NCBI GenBank assembly: GCA_026770705.1
Contig: JANJGN010000036.1
Location: 4,092,001-4,156,000, forward strand
Reading direction: 5' to 3'
DNA: 64,000 nt
Source: Isurus oxyrinchus
Taxonomy: Eukaryota
Shown here: positions 52,216 to 64,000 of the stretch, piece after piece
Position numbering within the stretch: the stretch's first letter is position 1
Layout of the letters: every line of letters starts with the position of its first letter
The notes under the pieces: generated by a model
Seen by the model: only the letters and a program-made list of their open reading frames with translations
Database searches by the model: none
Told to the model about the DNA's origin: nothing
Translations under genes and position numbers: made by a program

Positions 52216-55200
52216 ACATAAATGCAAGTTGTTATGGTATCATGGCAGCTAGTTTTTGCACAATAAGATTCCACAAACAGCAATTAGTGATTAATCAGGG
52301 TTTTTTTGTTTTGGTGGTGTTAGTAACAGACCAGAATCGGCCTCACTGCACCAGGAAAACTCCACTGTGGCCAGGATGTGGAGTTGTTGAGAGTGGAGCT
52401 AACTGAGCGCTCGAAGCTTCAGTGTACCTTCTCGAACCACTGTCTGGTTCTTTGTTCTTAATCTGCTGACTCTCATTTGAAGTTTTTCCTGCAGTAAGAT
52501 TTGGAATATTGATGTGGGAAATAAAGGGTTAATATGATCACTGAGTGTTACTTACGAAAGCAGTTTCTCTCATTTTAGTGCACTTGTGATTCCATGGAAT
52601 AGAAGGCTATGGGCCTAATGCGGGAAAACGGGATTAGAATAGTTCGGTACTTGCTTGACCGGCGCAGACTCGATAGGCCTTTCTCTGTGCTGTAGACCTC
52701 TGACTCTATTTTGCCACTGCAACTGTCGGCCTGCACAGCTGGTCTGTTTTTCCTATGTGTTTTGCTAGAGATGAAGTTACTGTAGTTGATAAGCTGAAGC
52801 CGTTTTTCCACAGTTGTACTTTTTGGCTAGCTTGCTTGCCTGTGAGAGTGTCATAGGGTGTGCTTACCAGGGAAAGATGAAGGCCAGAAGTAGACAAAAT
52901 AAGATCGGGCATGCAGCCAGCTGAATCTCTACTGTGTATAAATAAGTGTTACTGTAACTGCTTGTTTGTAATAAAGAGCTTCTGACTTTAACCATTTCCG
53001 GACTCTGAGCGGCTTTTGTCCCACAACAAATATTAATCTGAATTTCATTTTTTAGAGTAAAATTTGCAACTTTTGAATGGGCTATGAAAGAAAGTTCTCG
53101 GGTTCATTTCACACCTTTGGAACGTTGCAAAGTGATTCACAATCAATGATGAATGGAAGAATGATGAGACAGTTTAAACTAAATGCTACTATTTTAACTA
53201 GAGTGCAGCAAAAGTAAGACCCGGGAGTGTATGGACATGAATCTATGACAGTTGCAGGCTAAGTTGATTAAACACGTTGAAAACAATGTTATCAGGTGCT
53301 ATTAATAGAGACATGAAGTACTAGAGCAGGAACATTCTACTAAATCTGCATCAATCACTGACTGATCCTCAGCTGAAGCACTGTTCAATTCTAAGCACTA
53401 TACTTCAGGAACAATGTCAAGGATGTGGAAAGGGTGCATGGAAAACTTATCAAAACAGTATCAGGGATGAGGGGTTTCAGTAATGTGCAGACTGGAGAAG
53501 CTAGAATTGTTCTCCTTGGAACAGAAAACATGCAAAGATACGAAATAGAAGCAGAAGTAGGCCCTTCGGCCCATCGAGCTTGGAGATTATAGCAGTGTTT
53601 CAAGGCCAAATGAAAAATACAACTATAGATGTGTCAGGAATCAACTGTATTCACGTGGGGATTGTTAACATGGGAGCATAGGATATATTTACTACAATAT
53701 ATAGGCATTATATAAATTCAAACTATTGTTGACTGTGGGCAGAGATTCAGTTGCCTGTCTGAGCGGGAACTCATGGCTATAGGCACACCAGGGAGAGATA
53801 GTGTTCTTCAGCTGAGTATGGATTCACTGGGTCATCCCATTTACTGGCACAGCAGAATGGGAAAGAGATTCATTCATTTACCCCACCTGCTGGCATTCTA
53901 CCGAGTTCATATTTAATTGTCGGGGTTAATTCTTCTGTTATTGCTGCTGTCAATCATATCCAAGATACAATAGTAGCGGTGCAGCAACATATAATAATTT
54001 CATGATGTTTCTCTGGTTTATGGGCCTAAGTATAATTTGGGTCTGTCTGTGTAATTTAATTACATTTGAAGTGCAAGCTTGACATGCTAATGAGTAATGG
54101 ATGCTGGCTTAGCATGTAAGGTGTGAAGGGAATTTGCATTGTTTGATAAATGAAGGGATTTGGATTTCAAAGGGATCTTAGTCTGTTTACAACAAACCAG
54201 ATAAACAAAGCTGAGCAGTGTGTTCATTTTTCCCAAAGGTTTCTGGCAATATTGGCAACGTGAAAGTTTTAACACTGTGAGGAAGATACAGTTTCAAAGA
54301 CATATGGAACAATAGAATTTACATATTTAAAAGAGAGAAAAATATATAAAGGCGAACGAAAGACTAACAGGAATATGTGAAATAGCCTTAATGAAATGTA
54401 TGCATGAGTCTATATAACAAAACTGAAGTTGGGGAAACACCATTTGGAATTCCACTGTCAAGTGGGTATTGTGTTAACTCACTGGTTCTGTTTCAAATCT
54501 AAAATCTGCTTGGATCGTTGCCTTAAAGGGAGTGTAACTGCGGGTCAGGTTAATTAAGAATTTTAGAAGTTATTATAGTAGTAATTGTAGTCTTATGTAT
54601 GTGCTTGAAATCTTTTATTTTGTTAATAAACATTTTAATTTTTAAAAATCTCTAAAGGTCCTGGTGGACTCATTATTTCTGAATTAAGTGCACACATCTC
54701 ATAACACAACAAATTGCAAAACCATTATGATCACACAACCAAGTTTCCTTTGTAGATTTCGTCCACCTGACACATCGTAACAAGCAGAATGTGGATTTCT
54801 GTCTCCAGCACCTCAATTTTTCCCTCATTTCTCAGTGACTACAACTGGATAAATGTCTTGGATCTGGCTGGATTGTGACTTCTTTTGATCTATAAAAAGC
54901 TGTTTTGACTCTGAAGCCCAATATTCCCCTGACTTTGTTGAGTGCCGTTCCAATGTTCCAGGACGTCTGTTGCACAATACCTAGCAGGTGTTAGCCCTTT
55001 TGCATCTTCATAAATTACACTATTCCTGACGTTCATGTGCTGCCTAGCGTTCCTTGCCATGAATTTCATTTGCAGATCCGTAAGCAATGGACTTACTGCC
55101 ATTTGAACAAAACTATTTCCACTCCTAAGGCTCGACTGATTGTTTAATAGTTGTTATGGCATCATAGCACTCGGACCGGATGACAGCATAAGAGTTGATT

Positions 55201-55659
55201 GTTTCTAAATTATCCACATCAATAGCAACAGCACATTCTCTAGGCTGCCACTCTTGTATGACATTGATGGACTTTTACACTTGTAAGAGACAGTATCCTT
55301 CAGATGGAACTTGTGGAGGCTCTAGCCACAATCTTCCTTAGATAGCTGTACTGCAAAAGTACTGATAGATTACAAATATTCCACCCATGTTCAACAACAC
55401 AGCACTTGCAGGCCAATCAGTTTAACATCATTGACCTAGGTCATTAATAGGAAGAGCATGAGAGCATGTGTTCCAACACTGACACTACAAGCCTTCCCAT
55501 AGTCCAAAAAAGAATGCATTAATCACTACTCTGTTTCCTGTCACTAAGTCAATGTTGTATCCTTGTTGCTACCATCATTCTTATTCCATGTGCTATAAAT
55601 TTGATCACGTCCATTATGTGGTACATTATCAAATACCTTTCACTAGCATTTCCAAATAT

Positions 55660-56232
55660 TTCCTCATTAGTCTCCATTTACAGGCGCTTCTTCACCAGTC
55701 TCCATTTAAAGATGCCCCCTTCAAGTCTCCATTGCTTCTTCATTTACAAATACTCCCTCAAGCAGACCCTATTTCTCCTCAATTTAGATACTCCCTCAAG
55801 CAGACCCCATTTCTCTTCCATTTACAGACGCTCCCTCAAGCAGACCCCATTTTTCCTCCATTGACAGACGCTCCCTGAATTCCCCAGTTTCCGACACTCC
55901 CTGTCTGGCGCCGGGCCGTTTGGTGGCAATTTGAGCCGGGGCAGGTCCTGAGAAACTGGCTGTTGAACAGAGTTTAATGTGTTATTTTTAACATGACTTA
56001 AAGATGCGCTCAGACTTTGTGCAGCCCGACTTCACTCTTACCTGCATCAAACGGGCGCCCAACAGCCCAGTGAGTTTCTCCCGCGCATGCTCAGGCCGCA
56101 CTGCCCAGAGAGTCTCTCCCGCGCATGCTCAGGCCGCACTGCCCAGAGAGTCTCTCCCGCGCATGCTCATCTCACTAATCTTCAAGTCCTTTCAGAAGCA
56201 AGTACAGAGGCTGCTAAATGCTGGAAATCTGT
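55660..56232 (+). promoter_or_regulatory. ZNF unit 2 promoter: minisatellite + GCGCATGC sites + non-coding exon 1
   Basis: Paralog of 41300-42280; three cgcgcatgctca sites at 56082-56169; donor at 56231. Confidence 0.7.
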
Positions 56233-57558
56233 AAGATCAGGAAATACTCAGCAGATCAAGCAGCAGCTGTGGACCAGGAAACAGAGTTAACTATTCAACC
56301 ACAACAAACAGCTGGTAGGAAATAGTAAACTGTTAGGTATGTTCAAAGTAAGGTCTAAATGAAGGTTATTCTGTGTGTGTGTGAATGCACAGAGTGTGGT
56401 TAATAATATTGGTCAGTTACCGCTGCAGATTGACGTGTAAATATGATGTTGCAGGTGTAAGGGAGAGCTGGCTCCTTATAGGTCCGCTGTCTCTAGGTTC
56501 TAGATCAATATGTTTCCATTCCAATGAAAGAGGAGGCACTGATGCACCTGGTTCTTGGGAATGAGGTGGGCCAAGTGGATCAAGTATCAGTGGGAGAACA
56601 TTTAGAAAACAGTGATCATTGTATCATGCAGTTTAGGTTGGCTATGGAAAAGGACAGAGAATAATCCAGAGTACAAATAATTAACTGGGGGGAAAACCAT
56701 CATTAATGGGGTAAGAATCTGGGCTGGAAAAATTGGATTCAAAGGTTGACAGGAAAACCTTTTACTCTACACTGAGCTGACATTAAAGAGTAGCAGACAC
56801 ATGGGAACAACACCATCTGGAAGTTCCCCTCTAAGCCGCTCGCCATCGCCATTCCTTCACTGTCGCTGGGTCAAAATCCTGGAACTCCCTCCCTAACAGC
56901 ACTGTGGGTGTACCTACACCACAGGGACTGCAGCGTTTCAAGATGGCAGCTCACCTCCATCTTCTTGCTTAAAGTGAACATGGGGCTGAAGCTCAGCTGG
57001 GGGTGGGGGGGGGGGTGCCCAGTATCGCACAGTTGCCTAGGAGAGGGGTGAGGTCGGTGGCTAGGGAATAGAATTTGTAATAGGGATGGGAGACTCTGGC
57101 TTCAGCCATACAAACATTAAATTGGAGCAAAGTTCTGTCTCTCCAGTGCTGGATGCCAAACAAGTTGGTAAGTGACTTGGAGAGAAGCTTGCAGGTGATG
57201 GTGTTTGCATACACATGCTGCTATTGTCCTTCTGGGTGGTGAGGATCGAGGGTTCATCAGGTCCTGTTCCGGTTGAATTTTCTTTATATAACATCTCTCC
57301 TTCGCCCACTGCTGCTGTCTCCCCTCTTTCTCCTCCATAGAGGCCAGAATCTTGTGTAGGTACAGACCAAGTGGCAGGTTCCATTCCCTGAAGAACATTA
57401 GTGAACCAGTTGAGTTTATATGACAATCCACCAGCTTTCACGATCACTTGTTCTGAGTGTCAGCCCCACAAATAATCAGGTTCATTCAGCTCAATTTCAT
57501 TGATGTTTTAATGTATTCTCTCATGCTCCATTTTTTGTGTTTTAAATCAATTTCACAG

Positions 57559-58300
<742 letters not shown>

Positions 58301-61300
58301 CTACAGTGATTGGATTTTGCTGTTAATCACATCCAGGACTGAACCATGCTCATTGGGGTCAGTTTCTGCTGACATTAATAAACTCTAGCCCCATATCCAG
58401 TTATAGATGTTAATACTCTGGATAAAAGTCAAATCTATCTCGAACACTAAGTTGTGTTGTGTTTGGTTTGTCACTTCCCAATTCCCAGCCAATCTTTCCC
58501 AGAAATTCATCTTTGATTCCTTCCAATCAGATTTCCACCCCTGCCACAGTACCAAAGCTTGTCTTCTCAAAGTCACAATGGCAGCCTATATCACTGACCG
58601 TGGTAAACTCCTGCCTCGTCCTTCTCGACCTGTCTGCAGCCTTTGACACAGTTGACCAGACCATCCTCCTCCAACACCTCTTACCTGGTTCCATTCTTAC
58701 CTATCCAATCGCAGCCAGAGAACCACAGGCAATGGCTTCTCTTCCTCTTCTCAGGCCCTTACCTCTGATTGTCATTCCCCAAGATTGATCCTTGACACCC
58801 TCCTCTTTCTCATCTACACACTGCCTGTAAGTCCCATCATATGAAAACACATTAGTTTCCACATGTACACTAACACCAACCCAGCTCTACCTCACCACCA
58901 CCTCTCCTGACTTCTTCACTGTTGGACTGCTTACCCAATACCCAATAACAGAAGAATATCAATTTCCTCCAATTAAATATTGAAGAGACTAAAGTCATTA
59001 TCCTTGGTGACAGCTACAAATTCTGTTTCCTAACGACTGACTCCATCTCTCTACCAGGGAGCCGATTGAGACTGAATCACTCTGCTCCCAATCTTGCTAC
59101 TGCGTCTTCAACTACCTAGGCCTGAGGATCTGGAATTCCCTCTCTAAACCCCTCGGTCTCTCTACCTGTCTGTCCTGATTGAGGCTGCTCATTAGAACTT
59201 ACCTCTTCCACCAGATTTTGGCCATTGGCCCAACTATCGCCTTACGTGCCTTACTGTCAAATTTTGCTTTATAACGTTACTGTGGAGCACCTTGGGACAT
59301 TTTGTTGTGTGAAAAGCGTTATGAAGAAGCTTGACCATTGTCGAGGACAAAGCAGCCTGCATTATTGGCACCCCATCCTCAAACATTCACTCCCTCCATC
59401 ACCAATGCACAGTAGCAGCAATGTGTACCATCTACAAGATGCACTGCAGGAAATCACCAACCCTTCGTAGACTGCACATTCTAAACCCAGACCTCTAACA
59501 TCTAGAAGGACAGGGTCAGCAGACAAATGGGAACACCACCACCTGAAGGTCCTTTCCAAGCAACTCACCATCCTGACTTGGAAATATATTGACCGTTCCT
59601 TCACCGTCGCTCGGTCAAACTCCTGGAACTCCCTCCCTAACAGCACTGTGGCTGTACCCACACTACAGGGACTGCAGTGGTCCAAAAAGGGAGCTCACCA
59701 TCATCTTCTGGAGGGGCAGTTAAGGATGGGCAATAAATGCTGGCCTAATCAGCGATGCCTACATCCCATGAATCATTAAATATAAATACAAGTTTTACTG
59801 TTCCACAGCAGCTAGTTTTTTCACAGTAAGATTCCACAAACAGCAGCTAAGTGATTAATCAGAGTTTTTTTGTTTTGGTGGTGTTAGTTAAAGACCCAAA
59901 TCGGTCCCACTGCACCAGGAAAACTCCACCCTGGGCAGGATGTGGAGTTGTTGAGACTGCCTCAGCTGAGTGTGAAGCTAACTGATCTGTTAAGGCTTCA
60001 GTGTCCCTTCTCAAACCACTGTCTGGGATCTTTCTTCTTAATTTGCTGACTTCCAGTTGAAGATATTTCTGAGGTAAAATCTGGAATATTGATGTGGGAA
60101 ATAAAGGGTTAATATGATCACAATGAATTTTACTTATGAAAGCAGTTTCTCTTACTTTATTTTACCACTGCAACTGTTGGCCTACGCTGCTGGTCTGCTT
60201 TTCTATATGTGTTTTGCTAGCGATGCAGTTATAAGCTCAAGCTGTTTTCTGTTTTTCCACATTTGTACTTTTTGGCTGGCTTGCTTATCTATGAGAGTGT
60301 CATAGGGTGTGCCTTACCAGGGAAAGATGAAGGCCATAAGCAGACAAAATAAGATCGGGCATGCAGCCAGCTGAATCTGTACTGTATATAAATAAGTGTC
60401 ACTGTAACTGCTTGTTTGTAATAAAGATCTTCTGACTTTAACCATCTCCGGACTGAGTGTCTTTTGTCCCACAACGAATATTAATCTGAATTTCATTTTT
60501 TGGAACGAAATTTGGAACTTTAAATAGGCTGTGTAAGAGAAAGTTCTCAGTTTCATTTCGCAATTTTCATACCCTCGGAACGTCACAAAGTGATTCATAA
60601 TCAATGATGCATTTTGGATGGTAGAATGACAAAAGACAGTTTAAACTAAATGCTATTATTTTAACCAGAGTGCAGCAAAAGTAAGACCTGGGAGTGTATC
60701 AACATGAATCTTTGTGGCAGGCCAAACTGATTAAACACTTTGAAAACAATATTTATCAGGTGCTATTAATCGAGACATGAAGTACAAGAGCAAGAACATT
60801 CTACTGAATCTGTATCAATCACTAACTGATCCTCAACTGAAGTGCTGTGTTCAGTTCTGAACACTATACTTCAGGAACAATGTCAAGGATTTGGAAAGGG
60901 TGCACAGAAAACTTACCAAAACTGTATCAGGGATGAGGGGTTTCAGTAACGTGCAGACTGGAGAAGCTAGAATTGTTCTCCTCAGAACAGAGAACATATG
61001 AAATAGGAGTAGTCCGTTCAGCCTGCTGAGACCAGTGTTTCAAGACTAAATTAAAAACACAAGCACTGACGTCTCAGGAACCAACTCTATTAATGTGGGG
61101 ATTGTTCATATTTCTGCGAAGGAGCATGGGATATTTTTACTACATTATAAGCCAGAGATTCATTTACCTGTCTGAGCAGGAAACTCATGGCTATAGGCAC
61201 AACAGGGGGACAGAGTGTTCACCTGCTGAGTGTGGATTCATTGCGTCATCCCATTTACTGGCACAGCCGGACAGTCAAACACAGGGAGGTTATTCAGGTA

Positions 61301-63034
61301 CTTGAAATGCATGAAAGCAATTTATTCAATTTTTTCAACTGTTAACACACCATTTTTAAGATTTGATAGGATCCAATCAGAGCAGAAATTGATGATGGCA
61401 ATCACATTAACTGGACTTCACTCCAGGTTGGTGCCACCGTGTTGCAAAACAGTAATTCTCCAGATCCCGATTCTTAACGTAATTCTTGGATTAGGAGTGA
61501 AAATGGCTTCCGCTTCATTGTAAGACAGTGCTTCCCAAACCCTTTATCTGCTGTAACCTCGTTTCACTGTTTCATACTTGGTGCAACCCCAGAATGAAAG
61601 GGGGGGGGGGGCGGTGGGCAATGAATATTTTGAGTGAGCTGGGGGTCCAAACAGCAGGGATACAGGCACAAAAAACACAGACATCTATCATTTTTCCGGT
61701 TCCATTGGTGTCAGCAATTGGGCCTCAGAGCTCATTGGATTAGGCCTTGCCCACAGAAAAGGAAATCACACACATTTAAAGAGGCCTGGGAGCACATCGC
61801 AACAACTGCCAAATCTGAGGTTCCACTCCACAGCCGCCATTGCTGCCTTGTAGCTCAGAGCCCTGACTGCTCGGGGGTCATGGCCCTCAATTTGAGAACG
61901 CCTGCTGTAAGGGCGATAGACAACTTTGTAGCTACTCCATAATGTTACAGACTGACCCACTGGATCTCGTCATTTCATCTCATCGCAGTTCTTTTCATCA
62001 CTGCTGGAAGTAACATATATTTTTATATCTGTTGGACTGTCATACAGAACATATCTTTTTATTTTCTGTTGGACTGTGGATTAAGAGTACAATGGCTGCA
62101 GTTTGAAAGACATGTCCACTGGAACAGGATGAGAGTTGTGTACAATGTTGCAATCCCGGAACAGAGTGTGCCATGAAAGAGTGGCTGGTGCGGCAAAGGA
62201 GTCCTGGACCAAGGGAATTTCATTTTTGGAGCGAAATTTGCAACTTTGAATAGACTGTTTCATTTTGCACTTTTCACACTCTTGAAACATCGCAAAGGAG
62301 TCCTGGACCAATGCCTGACAACAATGTTTTAATTAGCTCCTGCTCGGGCAAACAGGTTTTGTGTTAGGACAGTGCAGCAGAATAGCTCTTAGTGTGAAAG
62401 CAACAAGACCTAAAACCTCTTTCTCCTATTTGTGGAAGATTCCAATAATTCCACAATAATAGCTATCTGGCTTTTTTCCCTCATATCTATAACCTGCTCT
62501 CTCTCTCTCTCTGAAAACCCCTGTCAAGAGGCCAAGGGTAAAATGACTCTTAGAGACATTGAAGGGCAAGTGCTCAACTAGTTTACTAAATGCTGAAAGT
62601 GCTGGAAGACTACCTCATGTAGTCTACCAGAACCGGAAGGAATTTGGAAGACATTGATCAAAATCAACCCATCAAATCCTGTACTCCAGAATTGGTGCTC
62701 TTGAATTGTTTTATCCCATCCTTAAAATCCATGTTTTTGTGTGTCTCATGTGTCTTGTATGAGGGTGTATAGGGATTTAAGAAATGGGGTAGAGTTTAAG
62801 TTGTAGTGTTAGAAGTCAGCAGTTCACATTTCTTTCTTTTGCCAATGGTTAATGACAGTTTGCTCAATAAACAGTTATTTATTTAGTTTACAAACCCGGT
62901 GCTCACATTGTAAACCTAAAATTAAACAGTTAGGTAGAACTGGGCAATCTAGTGCTTTGGTCAAACTTTTCACATTTGTCACAGCTCGGGGAGCACTGAG
63001 GCTTGATATTACAGCACACTATCCTCGATTTATT

Positions 63035-63578
63035 GACGTTCCCTCGCCAGTCTCCATTTACAGACGCTCCCTCGCCGGTCTCCATTTGTAGACTCTCCCT
63101 CGCCAGTCTCCATTTGTAGACTCTCCCTCGCCGGTCTCCATTTGTAGACGTTCCCTTGCCAGTCTCCATTTGTAGACATTCCCTCACCAATCTCCATTTA
63201 CAAGCGCTCCCTCGTCATTCTCCATTTGCAGACGCTCCCTGACCACCCTGGAGTTCGGCGATTTGAGCCGGGGCAGATCCTGAGAAACCGACGGATGAAG
63301 GGCGGTTTAATGCTCTTTATTTAAATCTGACTTAAAGATCCACTCAGAGTTTGTGCAGCCCGACTTCCTCAGGGTTTATTAACCCGCTTCATTCTTACCT
63401 GCATCGGATTGACACCTGCTGCCCAGTGAGTCTCTCCCGCGCATGCTCAGAATGAGCCCTTATTGCGCATGCGCTGCCCAGAATGCCCTGCGGGTCCCTC
63501 CCGCGCATGCTCATCCCACTGGTCCTCAATGTCCTCATTCAGAAGGAATACAGAGGCTGCTAAATGCTAGAAATCTGT
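63035..63578 (+). promoter_or_regulatory. ZNF unit 3 promoter/exon 1 (coding exon predicted just beyond the window)
   Basis: 28-bp minisatellite, three GCGCATGC sites, donor at 63577; 63905-64000 matches 48180-48275 upstream of the unit-1 ZNF exon. Confidence 0.7.
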
Positions 63579-63708
63579 AAGAACAGGAAATACCTCAGCA
63601 GATCAAACAGCAGCTGTGGACCAGGAAACAGAGTTAACTATTCAACCACAACAAACAGCTGGTAGGAAATAGTAAGCTATTAAGTAAGAAAGTCTAAATG
63701 AAGGTTAA

Positions 63709-63748
<40 letters not shown>

Positions 63749-64000
63749 AATGCACAGAGTGTGGTTAATAATATTGGTGAGTTACATCTGCAGATTGACG
63801 TGTAAATATGATGTTGTGGCTATAATAGGGAGCTGGCTCTGAGTATTAAATCTTACTCAGTACAAGGTGCTCAGCAAAGACAAGAAAGAAAGAGAAAAGA
63901 GAGCGATGGGAGACACTGGTTTCAGTCATACCAACATTTAATTGAAGCAAATTTCAGTTCATCCAGTGCGAGATGCCAGACAAGTCAGTAAGTGACTTGG

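Overview
Vertebrate, repeat-rich genomic DNA, most likely from a cartilaginous fish (inferred from KRAB-less 'MEKPWKCGDCGKGF'-type C2H2 zinc-finger genes and dense CR1/L2-group LINE and Penelope debris). Main find: a complete 8-exon gene on the + strand (8961-13917) that I assembled with matching GT-AG phases into a 344-aa type I membrane receptor. It has a leader, a germline-joined VJ domain with no RSS, an antigen-receptor-like C1 domain, a Cys stalk, an uncharged TM and a 77-aa tail ending in a LYASL tyrosine motif. The last exon of a tandem paralog lies at 933-1013, with the Tyr motif replaced by PFGSL, which suggests a family of non-rearranging TCR/Ig-like receptors with signalling and non-signalling (or decaying) members. 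The right half is a C2H2-ZNF cluster: one 16-finger gene on the - strand, head-to-head with a tandemly triplicated '+' unit of minisatellite, GCGCATGC-rich promoter and ZNF exon. The first copy is intact, the second is a pseudogene and the third runs off the window end. Most long ORFs in the supplied track are satellite or LINE artefacts.
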